IMG/VR virus record: IMGVR_UViG_3300046311_000132
Coordinates: 1 to 28,036 of that record
DNA length: 28,036 nt
Source: a virus
Taxonomy: Duplodnaviria > Caudoviricetes
Direction: 5' to 3' (one strand)
Of this stretch, positions 8,149-16,122 are shown one piece after another. A model generated the notes under the pieces. It saw nothing but the letters and a program-made list of their open reading frames with translations, searched no databases and was not told the DNA's origin. A program made the position numbers and the translations under genes. Numbering within the stretch: position 1 is the first letter of the stretch; each line of letters opens with the position of its first letter.

Positions 8149-9131
8149 TGGCCCGGCCGGTAATTGAAAGCGCGATTGATTCGGGCACCTCGTCGTCCCT
8201 GACGGGCCAGGTCACGATCAACCTCGGCACAAACGCGAACCGGGCGCTGTGGGCGCAGCTGGTTGACCCCATTACGGGCGCCAACACCCTGACCGCGCTC
8301 ACGCTGGACGGCGTGGACATCCTGGCGTCGGTGGTCGGCCCCACATCAATGGGGGGCTTCAACCTCTACAACGTCCACCACGTCACTAGCCTGACGGGCA
8401 GCAAGGTTCTGCTGGCCACTTGGGCAAACTCGGGCTTTAAGTCGGTCATCGCGGTTGCGTTCTCTGGCGCTGACCAGACAGCCCCCTTCAGTGGCCGGCA
8501 GACCCAGTATTCAGCCAGTGGCGCCAACCCGCTGTTGACCGTTGCCAGCGACGCTAACAGCCTCGTTGTCATGGGTCTTCAGGCCGCTGCCGGCGGCACG
8601 TTGACACCGGGCACGAGCAGTTCGCACATCGCAGGCGTGGCGGCCAGCTTCCGGTACGCACTGCAAGAGAACGGCGTTGCCTCGACCACCATCGACGGCA
8701 CGTTCGGCGCGCAGGAGTTTTGGGCTTCTGGCGCGTCGGTGGCGGGGACAGCCGGCCTCACAGGCAGCTTCACTCTCGACGACTTCACTTTCGGCGGGGC
8801 CTTCGCCACCGGCGCGCTGTCCCAGCTGGCTGGCGGCATCACGCTCGACGACTTCGCTCTCAGCGGGGTCTTGGGCCTGGTGCCGGGCCGGGTTGATACC
8901 CAACCCTTCAAGAACTGGAGCGGCACCCTGCTGCCAGGTGTCACCGTGCCCAACGTGGTGTTCCTGAAGCTGGACCGCACGCTGCCCCTGGCGCTGATCA
9001 ACCAGGTCACCGCAGGCGATGGCGTGATGACCATCACCAACGCGGCCTTGGTCACCGGCACCTACTACGTCATGGTCAGCTTCGACGCGGCTGGCACCAA
9101 CATCGGTGCTGAACTGGTGCTCGCGACATGA
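8148..9131 (+). CDS. Putative virion structural or fibre protein
   Basis: 327 aa, Gly/Ala/Thr/Ser-rich. Two internal G.[FI]TLDDF...G repeats. Translationally coupled at both ends. Confidence 0.75.
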   Translation: MARPVIESAIDSGTSSSLTGQVTINLGTNANRALWAQLVDPITGANTLTALTLDGVDILASVVGPTSMGGFNLYNVHHVTSLTGSKVLLATWANSGFKSVIAVAFSGADQTAPFSGRQTQYSASGANPLLTVASDANSLVVMGLQAAAGGTLTPGTSSSHIAGVAASFRYALQENGVASTTIDGTFGAQEFWASGASVAGTAGLTGSFTLDDFTFGGAFATGALSQLAGGITLDDFALSGVLGLVPGRVDTQPFKNWSGTLLPGVTVPNVVFLKLDRTLPLALINQVTAGDGVMTITNAALVTGTYYVMVSFDAAGTNIGAELVLAT

Positions 9132-9592
9132 GCTACCGCTACGGTGGAACCAACCCCGCCGGGGGCTACCACTACGGCAAGGGGGGCCTGGGTGTGCTCG
9201 GGTCCGAGGTGCCCCCCGACGGGTACGACGGGGCGAGCCCGATCTACGCGGGCCTGTCGCTGCCGGCCGAGGCCAGCGACGAGTTCCGCATCGTCATCCT
9301 CACCGCGCCGACCCTCGGCACGCTGTTTGTCTACGAGGACACCAGCTTCAACTTCACGGGGCCCGATGGCGTCCACACCTGGACCTACCGCGCCTACAAG
9401 AACGGCATCTCTTATGGTGACGGCACCGTCACCTTGGTCCTTGGCGAAGGTCTCGGGGGCACCCTGGCGCTGGACGACTTCTTGCTCAGTGGCGATTTCA
9501 TCGGCGTCGAGACCCCGACGACCACGGTGGGCCGACGCATCGGGCCCCGTGTTGGCCTGCGCGCGAACGGTGAATTGATCGTTCTGTTCTGA
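9128..9592 (+). CDS. Putative virion structural protein (Ig-like strand pattern)
   Basis: ATGA overlap. P.LGTLFVYEDTSFNFTGPDG...WTY resembles cadherin/Ig-like repeats. Contains GTLALDDFLLSG. Confidence 0.7.
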   Translation: MSYRYGGTNPAGGYHYGKGGLGVLGSEVPPDGYDGASPIYAGLSLPAEASDEFRIVILTAPTLGTLFVYEDTSFNFTGPDGVHTWTYRAYKNGISYGDGTVTLVLGEGLGGTLALDDFLLSGDFIGVETPTTTVGRRIGPRVGLRANGELIVLF

Positions 9593-9630
9593 GCCTGTAG
9601 CCCTGTTCCGGGGGCTGCGGGAAACAATGC
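9590..9630 (+). promoter_or_regulatory. Putative phage late promoter, copy 3 (TGAGCCTGTAGCCCTG-N16-AAACAATGC)
   Basis: 16-bp identity with 12607-12622. AACAAT at 9623-9628, 17 nt after GTAGCCCTG. Confidence 0.72.
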
Positions 9631-9653
9631 CTGCTACTTGACAGAGGTCCGCC

Positions 9654-9995
9654 ATGAGCACCATCGACCCAACGAACACCCCCACAAGCAACAACCGCAC
9701 CTATGTGGTCAGTTGGCTCGGGCTTGGCCTTGGCGACGACGGCGAGCCTGTCGAGCACGCCCAGTACAGCGACAAGTCGGTCCAGGTCGTGGGCACTTTC
9801 GACGGCGCCACCTTGGCGTTTGAAGGCAGCAACAACGGCACCGACTGGTCGGTGCTGACGGACCCCCAAGGCAACGCCCTGAACATCACCAGCGCCAAGA
9901 TTGAGTTGGTGGCCGAGGCCACCCGCTACGTGCGCCCACGCATCGTCGGCGGCACCGCCCCTTCGCTCAACGTGCACCTGTTCCTGAAGGAGTGA
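9654..9995 (+). CDS. Putative virion structural protein (jelly-roll/beta-sandwich)
   Basis: AGAGGT SD. SVQVVGTFDGATLAFEGSNNGTDW...RYVRP motif, similar to the GSTDGGTSW domain at the end of the 679-aa protein. Confidence 0.8.
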   Translation: MSTIDPTNTPTSNNRTYVVSWLGLGLGDDGEPVEHAQYSDKSVQVVGTFDGATLAFEGSNNGTDWSVLTDPQGNALNITSAKIELVAEATRYVRPRIVGGTAPSLNVHLFLKE

Positions 9996-10000
9996 ACCGC

Positions 10001-10477
10001 ATGTCCACCAGTTTCTTGCAGGCCGCTGACGACGCGCGCCGACTGCTCCGGGGTTTCAAAGCCTTTGAGGAAGTGGCCCAGGCGCTCGAGGCCGCCGGCC
10101 TGATCGAGCAGCGCACCGCTGAAGCGCAGCGCACCTTGGCAGACTTGCTGCCCCAGATCGAGAGCGCGCGGGTGGCCCTGGCCGATGCAGAGGCCCACGC
10201 GGGCAACGTTGCAGCAAAAGCCAGCGCGCTGGTCAGCGACGCGGCGGCCAAGGCCGCCGAGATCACCCGCGCCGCGCGGGTCGAGCTCCAACGCCTGACC
10301 GACGCGTCCAACGCTGACGCCAAAGAACGCGAGGCGCAGGCCGCCAAGAATGTGAAGGCCGCGGACACGCAAGTGGCCGAGGCCGCCAAGCAGCGCGACG
10401 CCATCGCCGCCGAGGTGAAGGCTCTCGAGTCCCGCCTGGCTGCTGCGAAGGCCAGCGCCGCGAAGTTGCTGGGCTGA
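10001..10477 (+). CDS. Coiled-coil protein
   Basis: AGGAG SD at 9988-9992 favours ATG 10001. Ala/Glu/Lys/Arg-rich heptad-like sequence. Confidence 0.8.
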   Translation: MSTSFLQAADDARRLLRGFKAFEEVAQALEAAGLIEQRTAEAQRTLADLLPQIESARVALADAEAHAGNVAAKASALVSDAAAKAAEITRAARVELQRLTDASNADAKEREAQAAKNVKAADTQVAEAAKQRDAIAAEVKALESRLAAAKASAAKLLG

Positions 10478-10480
10478 CGC

Positions 10481-12520
10481 GTGTCTGACGACGTCACGCT
10501 GCCAGGGGACGGCGCGGTCGTCGCAACAGACGAGGTTGCAGGCCGCCATTACCAGATCGTCAAGCAGGCGTTCGGCGCCGACGGGTCGGCCACGCCGGTC
10601 TCGCCGGCCGACCCGATGCCCGTTGACATCGTCACCGAGGGCACGCACTTCCAGCCCGGTTTCGATGTGTCCGGTGGTCCTGGTGCTGGCGGCCCGCTGC
10701 GCACCGACCCAGACGGCAACTTAGTGGCCCGCGCGCAGGTGCTGACTGACGAGCTTGGCTACCGCGCCAACTTCAACAACACCAGCCTGGCCGTGAGCCT
10801 GGGCAACGCCACCTTCACCAACGGCAGCCCCGCGGTCACTGGCACGGGCTTCTCCAGTGTCAGCGACTTACGCACCGGCGACTACGTGAAACTGAACGCC
10901 GACGCCGAGTCGGCCTGGGTGCGGGTTGAAAGCCTTGACAGCGATACCGCCCTGGCCCTGGTCGCGAACTACACCGGCACCGGCGGCACAGGCGCGTCCA
11001 GCCGCGCCATCCTCAAACCCGTGACAGGCGCAGGCGCCACCATCACCGTGGCCAGCGGGCAGTGCACCATCGCGGCAGGCACCACGGCCGGCAGCATCAG
11101 CGAAGTGGAGCGAGACGTTGACTGGCTACCGCTGGTCAAGCAGGCGGGCGTGAGCGTGTCTCAAAGAATCGCCAACCAAACGATCTACGTGGGGTTCTAC
11201 GACGAACTGCACCCGACCATACCCTACTGGTTTGCTTGGTTTGCTTTGGACGGCACCGTCAACACCACGGTCAAGTGCCAAAGCGCGCGCAACCCAACGG
11301 GGGCGCCCAGCGCGGCCGAGATTGAGGAAACCACTGTCACGCTGCCCAACGGGGCCACTACAGCCACCGTCAGGCGGTTCCGCCCGGAAGTTCTCGGCGA
11401 CCGCGTCAACTTCTTGGTCGACGGCAGGCTGGTGGCCACCCATTACCGCGCCATGCCTGGCCCGGGTGACTTGCTGACCAGCACCGTGCGCGTGGTCAAC
11501 GGCACCACGCCTGCCAGCAACACCAACATCGTGATCGACTACGACACGGTGAAGAACCACAACAAGCTGGAGGTGGGCCTACTGAGTGAAGCAGAGCAGA
11601 TCGTGAGCGCCCAGCCGGCAGCGGAAATCCGCAATTACAACGCGGGCGCGGTGATCATCCCCATCAACACCGACTTGATGGTGATCGACTGTTCGCAGTT
11701 TCGCAGCCTGTCCATCATGTCAGGTACCGTGGGCACCACAGGCGTGGTGACGGCAGCATGGAGCAACGACGGCACCTTCACCGACCAGGTGACGGCCACG
11801 TTGCTTTCTGAAACTGGCGCCAGTTCAACCACCTTCACGGGTGCATCGGCCCAGCTGCGCACCACGCCCGTGCGGGCTCGCTACTTCCGCCTGCGCATGA
11901 CCACGGCCACCACGGCGGCGGGTGCCACGCGCATCAACGTGGCCTGCTTCCAGACCGATCTGTCGGCGGCTGTCGCCACGCAGCCGATAAGCGGCACCGT
12001 AGACACCGAACTGCCGGCGGCCGCCGCGCTGGCGGATGCCGCCGCCAACCCGACAACCCCGATGGCTGGGGCTGCGGGCCTGCTGTTTAACAGCACCACC
12101 TGGGACCGGGCCCGGGGGATGTCGACCAACCTGACCACAGGCGACACGGGCGCGAAGACAGCCACCGGCAACGGCGCGACCCTCACCAACGTGGGCAACA
12201 AAGGCGTGCAGGTTCTGCTGAACCTGGGCGCGATCTCAGGCGCCGTACCCACGCTTGTGCTCAAGTTGCAGGGCAGCACCGATGGCGGCACCAGCTGGTA
12301 CGACATCCCCGGCGCCACTACTGCCAGCTTGACGGCCTCTGGCTTGTACGGCATCACGGTCTACCCGGGCGTGACCGTGACGGCTGGCGTGGCGACTACA
12401 GGCACCACAGCCGCGGCCAGCCAGGTCATGCCGCGCACCTGGCGCGCCGTGTGGGCCATCGGCGGCACGACGCCGAGCTTCACGATCACCAACGTCCAGT
12501 ACAACTACTTGAACAACTGA
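10481..12520 (+). CDS. Tail or head fibre-like multidomain protein (679 aa)
   Basis: Thr/Ala/Gly-rich. GNATFTNGSPAVTGTG fibre motif, a lectin/ConA-like segment (VNFLVDGRLVATH), and two C-terminal beta-sandwich-like repeats (WSNDG...ARYFRLR; LQGSTDGGTSWYDI...RTWRAVW). Confidence 0.8.
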   Translation: MSDDVTLPGDGAVVATDEVAGRHYQIVKQAFGADGSATPVSPADPMPVDIVTEGTHFQPGFDVSGGPGAGGPLRTDPDGNLVARAQVLTDELGYRANFNNTSLAVSLGNATFTNGSPAVTGTGFSSVSDLRTGDYVKLNADAESAWVRVESLDSDTALALVANYTGTGGTGASSRAILKPVTGAGATITVASGQCTIAAGTTAGSISEVERDVDWLPLVKQAGVSVSQRIANQTIYVGFYDELHPTIPYWFAWFALDGTVNTTVKCQSARNPTGAPSAAEIEETTVTLPNGATTATVRRFRPEVLGDRVNFLVDGRLVATHYRAMPGPGDLLTSTVRVVNGTTPASNTNIVIDYDTVKNHNKLEVGLLSEAEQIVSAQPAAEIRNYNAGAVIIPINTDLMVIDCSQFRSLSIMSGTVGTTGVVTAAWSNDGTFTDQVTATLLSETGASSTTFTGASAQLRTTPVRARYFRLRMTTATTAAGATRINVACFQTDLSAAVATQPISGTVDTELPAAAALADAAANPTTPMAGAAGLLFNSTTWDRARGMSTNLTTGDTGAKTATGNGATLTNVGNKGVQVLLNLGAISGAVPTLVLKLQGSTDGGTSWYDIPGATTASLTASGLYGITVYPGVTVTAGVATTGTTAAASQVMPRTWRAVWAIGGTTPSFTITNVQYNYLNN

Positions 12521-12609
12521 TGCTGCTCCTGTTGTTCCGTGGAACCCCCGGCACGCCGCCCCCTGCGGTAGGGGGTCTGCGGGTGTTCTTGCGCAGGCGC
12601 CGCCGTTGA
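12520..12609 (+). CDS. 29-aa microprotein MLLLLFRGTPGTPPPAVGGLRVFLRRRRR
   Basis: Its ATG overlaps the fibre stop (TGATG) and the ORF fills the space exactly up to promoter copy 4. Too short for the ORF track. Confidence 0.55.
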   Translation: MLLLLFRGTPGTPPPAVGGLRVFLRRRRR

Positions 12610-12647
12610 GCCTGTAGCCCTGCCGCTTGTGCGCGGACAAACAATGC
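12607..12647 (+). promoter_or_regulatory. Putative phage late promoter, copy 4 (TGAGCCTGTAGCCCTG-N16-AAACAATGC)
   Basis: GTAGCCCTG at 12614-12622 and AACAAT at 12640-12645, directly upstream of the head-gene operon. Confidence 0.72.
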
Positions 12648-12657
12648 AGCCTTGCAC

Positions 12658-12966
12658 ATGAGTGATCCAACCGACGCGCTACTGTCCGACGACTCTGCGG
12701 CCGAATTGACGGCCAAGGCGAAACTCCAACAGAAGCTACAAGTTGAAGACCTCAAGTGGTTGATGGCACACGCTCAAGGGCGTCGCATCGTCACCCGGAT
12801 TTTTGAGTTCACCGGCATCCGCCGCACGTCGTTCCACACCAACGGATCGACGTTTGCCCTCAACGAGGGCAAGAAGCAGGCGGGTCTGTGGCTTGAGGCT
12901 GAGGTTCTTGACGCGGCACCTGAAGCGTATCTGAAGCTCCTGAAGGAGTTCGCACGAGATGATTGA
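12658..12966 (+). CDS. Bbp19-like phage protein
   Basis: DLKWLM...GRRIV...GI.RTSF....TFALNEG.KQ.GL motif. Position immediately before the scaffold as in BPP-1-like phages. Confidence 0.85.
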   Translation: MSDPTDALLSDDSAAELTAKAKLQQKLQVEDLKWLMAHAQGRRIVTRIFEFTGIRRTSFHTNGSTFALNEGKKQAGLWLEAEVLDAAPEAYLKLLKEFARDD

Positions 12967-13549
12967 TCCGCAGGCAACCGGCACAGGCACCAACGACGCC
13001 GGGGAACCGCAAGTAACGCTGCCGAACAACAGCGAAGGTGCACCGAACCCGGACACGAAACCGACGGACACGCCCGCCCCCAAACTTGGCGAGCAGACCA
13101 CCGAAGCGATCGTCTACGAGTTCCAAATGCCCGAGGGCGTTCAGTTCGCCGATGGCGAGATGGACGAGTTCAAGAACGTCGCCAAAGACTTGAAGCTGCC
13201 GAAAGACGCAGCGCAGAAGATCGTGGACATCGCCACCAAGCGCGAGCAAGCCCGGTCTGAAGCGTTCGTTGAAACGGTGCGCGGATGGGAAGCAACGACG
13301 AAGGCTGACAAGGAACTGGGCAAGGATGAAAACCTGGCCCTGGCCAAGAAAGCCATTGACACCTTTGGCTCACCCGAACTGAAGGCGGTGCTGGACAGCA
13401 GCGGGCTGGGCAACCACCCTGAAGTCGTTCGCGCCTTCTTGAAAATCGGCAGACAGATCAGCGAGGACAGCATCGTCGGTAAGGGCAACGGCTCAAACGC
13501 CACCCGAGATACCGCCGACATCCTCTACGGCACCCCGACCAAAACCTGA
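12959..13549 (+). CDS. Capsid assembly/scaffolding protein
   Basis: Low-complexity N-terminus, YEFQMPEG, GLGNHPEVVRAF.KIG..ISED and C-terminal ILYG. Directly precedes the capsid gene. Confidence 0.85.
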   Translation: MIDPQATGTGTNDAGEPQVTLPNNSEGAPNPDTKPTDTPAPKLGEQTTEAIVYEFQMPEGVQFADGEMDEFKNVAKDLKLPKDAAQKIVDIATKREQARSEAFVETVRGWEATTKADKELGKDENLALAKKAIDTFGSPELKAVLDSSGLGNHPEVVRAFLKIGRQISEDSIVGKGNGSNATRDTADILYGTPTKT

Positions 13550-13564
13550 CAAGGAACCTGACAA

Positions 13565-14617
13565 ATGGCTACCCTCTCCACCAAGGCCGGCGCAGTCACT
13601 CTGCTTGACTGGGCCAAAAGCATCGACCCCGATGGCAAGACCGCAACTGTCGTTGAACTGTTGAACCAGTCCAACGAGATTCTGCTGGACATGCCCTTCA
13701 TCGAATCCAACCTGCCGACCGGCCACCGCGCCGCGATCCGCACCGGTCTGCCCACCGCCATCTGGCGCAAGCTGTACCAGGGCGTGCCGGCCAGCAAGTC
13801 TCTGCGTGCGACTGTCGAAGACAGCGTCGGCATGCTGGAGACCCGCGCCGAGGTCGACAAGGACCTGGCCGACCTGAACGGCAACACCAACGACTTCCGC
13901 TTGTCGGAAGCCCAGGCTTTCCTGGAAGCGATGAACCAGACGATGGCCGACGCGGTCATCTACGGTGACTCGTCGCTGAACCCCGAGCGCTTCAACGGCT
14001 TGGCCATCCGCTACAACACGATCAACACCGGCACCTCTGAAGTTGCCAAGAACGTGATCTCGGCGGGCGGTTCTGGCAACTGCACCTCGGTGTGGCTGGT
14101 CCTGTGGGGTCAAAACACCATCACCGGCATCTTCCCCAAGGGCTCGAAGGCTGGCCTCCAGCACGACAACCTGGGTGAGATCGACGCGTTCGACGGCAGC
14201 AACAACCGCTACCGCGCCTACGCCGACCGCTGGCAGTGGAAGTGCGGCATCCACGTGAAGGACTGGCGCTACGTGGTCCGCATCGCCAACATCTCGCTGA
14301 CCGACTTGCTCGGCCAGTCGGGCACGCAGGCGAACACGGCGGCCACCTGGTTGCCCAAGCTGATGGTGAAAGCCATGGCTCGCATCCCGTTCATGGGCAT
14401 GGGCAAGCCGGTGTTCTACGCCAGCCGCACCGTCAAGGAGATGCTGGCCGTCGGCGCACTGGACAAGAGCCAGCAGGTTCTGTCGATCCAGGCCGCCGTG
14501 CAGCAGTACGGCAACGTCACCCCGGGCTTTGTGAGCACGGGCGGTGGGTTGACGGTTCTGGGGGTCCCGGTTCGCACCGTGGACCGCATCCTGGAAACCG
14601 AGACCGCGCTGACCTGA
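13565..14617 (+). CDS. Major capsid protein (BPP-1 Bbp17-like)
   Basis: 350 aa with IRTGLPT..WRKLYQGV..SKS, EVDKDLADLNG, FNGLA.RY, DWRYVVRIANI and GVPVR.VD.IL.TE. AAGGA SD. Confidence 0.93.
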   Translation: MATLSTKAGAVTLLDWAKSIDPDGKTATVVELLNQSNEILLDMPFIESNLPTGHRAAIRTGLPTAIWRKLYQGVPASKSLRATVEDSVGMLETRAEVDKDLADLNGNTNDFRLSEAQAFLEAMNQTMADAVIYGDSSLNPERFNGLAIRYNTINTGTSEVAKNVISAGGSGNCTSVWLVLWGQNTITGIFPKGSKAGLQHDNLGEIDAFDGSNNRYRAYADRWQWKCGIHVKDWRYVVRIANISLTDLLGQSGTQANTAATWLPKLMVKAMARIPFMGMGKPVFYASRTVKEMLAVGALDKSQQVLSIQAAVQQYGNVTPGFVSTGGGLTVLGVPVRTVDRILETETALT

Positions 14618-14621
14618 TGAC

Positions 14622-14641
14622 GTGGGGCCCCCGGGCCCCAC
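14622..14641 (+). other. GC-rich hairpin after the capsid gene (no U-tract)
   Basis: GTGGGGCCC-CC-GGGCCCCAC immediately after tandem TGA TGA stops. Confidence 0.6.
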
Positions 14642-14671
14642 CTCAACACACCCCCATCCAAGGAGAACCCC

Positions 14672-15151
14672 ATGTTCGTTGATACCCAGACTGAATTTTC
14701 GGACGCCCAAGCGGTCACCGCGACGGCGATCTCGACCAACGTCATCGACACCCAGGCTGCCCTGGGCGGTGGCACCAACATCGCTGGCGGCAACGCCAAC
14801 CAAGACCTCGGTCAAGGTGAAGACGTCTACCTGGTCGTGCAGACCGTGGTGGCCGCTACCGACACCGGCAGTGACGCCACGTTGACGGTGACCCTGGAAA
14901 GCGCAACCGACGCCGGTCTGACGACCGCTGCGGTGGTGCACTTCAGCACCGGCGCCCTGGCTTTCGCAGCCTTCTCGCCCGCTGGCACCCAGATCGCCGT
15001 CATCAAGCTGCCGGTCGCCGACTACAAGCGCTACCTGGGCGTGCGGTACACCGTCGCCTCTGGCCCGCTGACCGCCGGCGCGTTCGACGCGTTCCTGACC
15101 AAGGACATCCAGCGCAACAAGATCTACAAGTCGGCCTTCACGGTCCAGTAA
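14672..15151 (+). CDS. Capsid cement/decoration protein (Bbp16-like)
   Basis: MFVD....FSDAQAVTATAISTNVID and KRYLGVRYTV.SGPLTAG.F.AFLT.D motifs. AAGGAG SD. Follows the major capsid gene. Confidence 0.88.
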   Translation: MFVDTQTEFSDAQAVTATAISTNVIDTQAALGGGTNIAGGNANQDLGQGEDVYLVVQTVVAATDTGSDATLTVTLESATDAGLTTAAVVHFSTGALAFAAFSPAGTQIAVIKLPVADYKRYLGVRYTVASGPLTAGAFDAFLTKDIQRNKIYKSAFTVQ

Positions 15152-15162
15152 GGGGCTGACGC

Positions 15163-15399
15163 ATGAGTAACACGCGCGTCGTGGCCCTGGAGCGGGGGCA
15201 CTGTGGCCGGGCTTTGCGCGAGCAAGGCGAGGAGTTTGAAGTGGACTTGGCTGAACCCAAGTTCAAGAACTCCACCTGGTTCATGCCGGTCGACAAGGCC
15301 CCCAAACCCAAGAAGGTGGATCCCAACGCGCGGCCCCCTGGCGCAGGGCCCAGCAAAGGGTCCGCACCGCCCGACATCTCGCCGGGCGACGTGGCCTGA
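15163..15399 (+). CDS. Small hypothetical virion-associated protein
   Basis: AAGGGG SD. LRE.GEEFEV...WF motif with a Pro/Lys-rich tail, a common type after podovirus capsid genes. Confidence 0.75.
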   Translation: MSNTRVVALERGHCGRALREQGEEFEVDLAEPKFKNSTWFMPVDKAPKPKKVDPNARPPGAGPSKGSAPPDISPGDVA

Positions 15400-15409
15400 T
15401 CTTGAGCCC

Positions 15410-15437
15410 AGGCCCGCCACGAGCGGGCCTTCTTTTT
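15410..15437 (+). terminator. Rho-independent terminator ending the head operon
   Basis: AGGCCCGC-cacga-GCGGGCCT stem followed by TCTTTTT. Confidence 0.85.
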
Positions 15438-15450
15438 AGAGGAGACCGCC

Positions 15451-16122
15451 TTGGCGTCTGTCGTCGACATCTGCAACATCGGCCTCTCGCACATCGGCGC
15501 CGAGGGCCAGGTCGCCAGCATCGACCCGCCAGACGGCAGCGTCGAGGCGGGGCTCTGCGCGCGCTTCTACCCCCTCGCGCGCAAGGAACTGCTGGACGAT
15601 CAAAACTGGTCGTTCGCCAAGCGCCGCGCGGTGCTCGCCGAGGTGGCCAACACCAGCACGGTGTGGGCCTACGCCTACGCCCTGCCGAGCAACATCCTGA
15701 GCGCGCTGCGCGTGCTGCGCCTGAAGTACATCAACGACGCCAGCCTGTTGTGGCCTGCTGGCAGCTACCTGACCTACAGCTTCGACTGGCAGGCGGTGGA
15801 CGAGTTGTTCACCGAGCGCGGCAGCGCGCTGTTCGAGGTCGAGGGCGACGTGCTGCGTACCAACGAGCCTGAGGCCACGCTCCTCTACACCGTGGACGTG
15901 ACCGACACCACCAAGTTCAGCCCCAAGTTCGTCAGCGCGCTGGGCATGCTGGTGGCGGGCTACCTGGCCGGGCCCATCATCAAGGGCACCGACGGCGCGA
16001 GCATCGGCGCGAAGTGGCGCCAGGCCGCCTACGACATGAGCGCCAGCGCGGGCGCGTCAGACGCCAACTCGTCCAACGAGGTGGCCACCCACGTGGCCGA
16101 GCACGTCCGCGCACGGTCATGA
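15451..16122 (+). CDS. Tail tubular protein A / adaptor (T7 gp11-like)
   Basis: TTG start with GAGGAG SD. VDICN.GL.HIG, EA.LCARFY, WSFA.RR..L and YAYALP motifs. Confidence 0.88.
   Translation: MASVVDICNIGLSHIGAEGQVASIDPPDGSVEAGLCARFYPLARKELLDDQNWSFAKRRAVLAEVANTSTVWAYAYALPSNILSALRVLRLKYINDASLLWPAGSYLTYSFDWQAVDELFTERGSALFEVEGDVLRTNEPEATLLYTVDVTDTTKFSPKFVSALGMLVAGYLAGPIIKGTDGASIGAKWRQAAYDMSASAGASDANSSNEVATHVAEHVRARS

Noticed and set aside
5073-12609. Diversity-generating retroelement (suggested by the BPP-1-like architecture)
   Set aside because: No reverse transcriptase and no ~100-bp TR/VR repeat pair with adenine-specific mismatches seen in this window. One could lie outside it.
9590-12647. 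TGAGCCTGTAGCCCTG repeats as a CRISPR array or att sites
   Set aside because: The copies are kilobases apart, each has a fixed-distance -10-like hexamer, and there is no integrase. A promoter explains them better.
14600-14672. Capsid readthrough or frameshift extension (T7 10B-like)
   Set aside because: Tandem TGA TGA stops, no slippery heptamer seen, and the next gene has its own strong SD.
13493-14941. Long minus-strand ORFs (482 aa here; also 3451-4554, 16335-17294, 23465-24478 and others)
   Set aside because: Antisense shadows of high-GC3 plus-strand genes, with no SD and no recognisable motifs.
16014-16118. Upstream start for tail tubular protein B
   Set aside because: It overlaps tubular A. 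ATGA coupling at 16119 gives the family-typical N-terminus.
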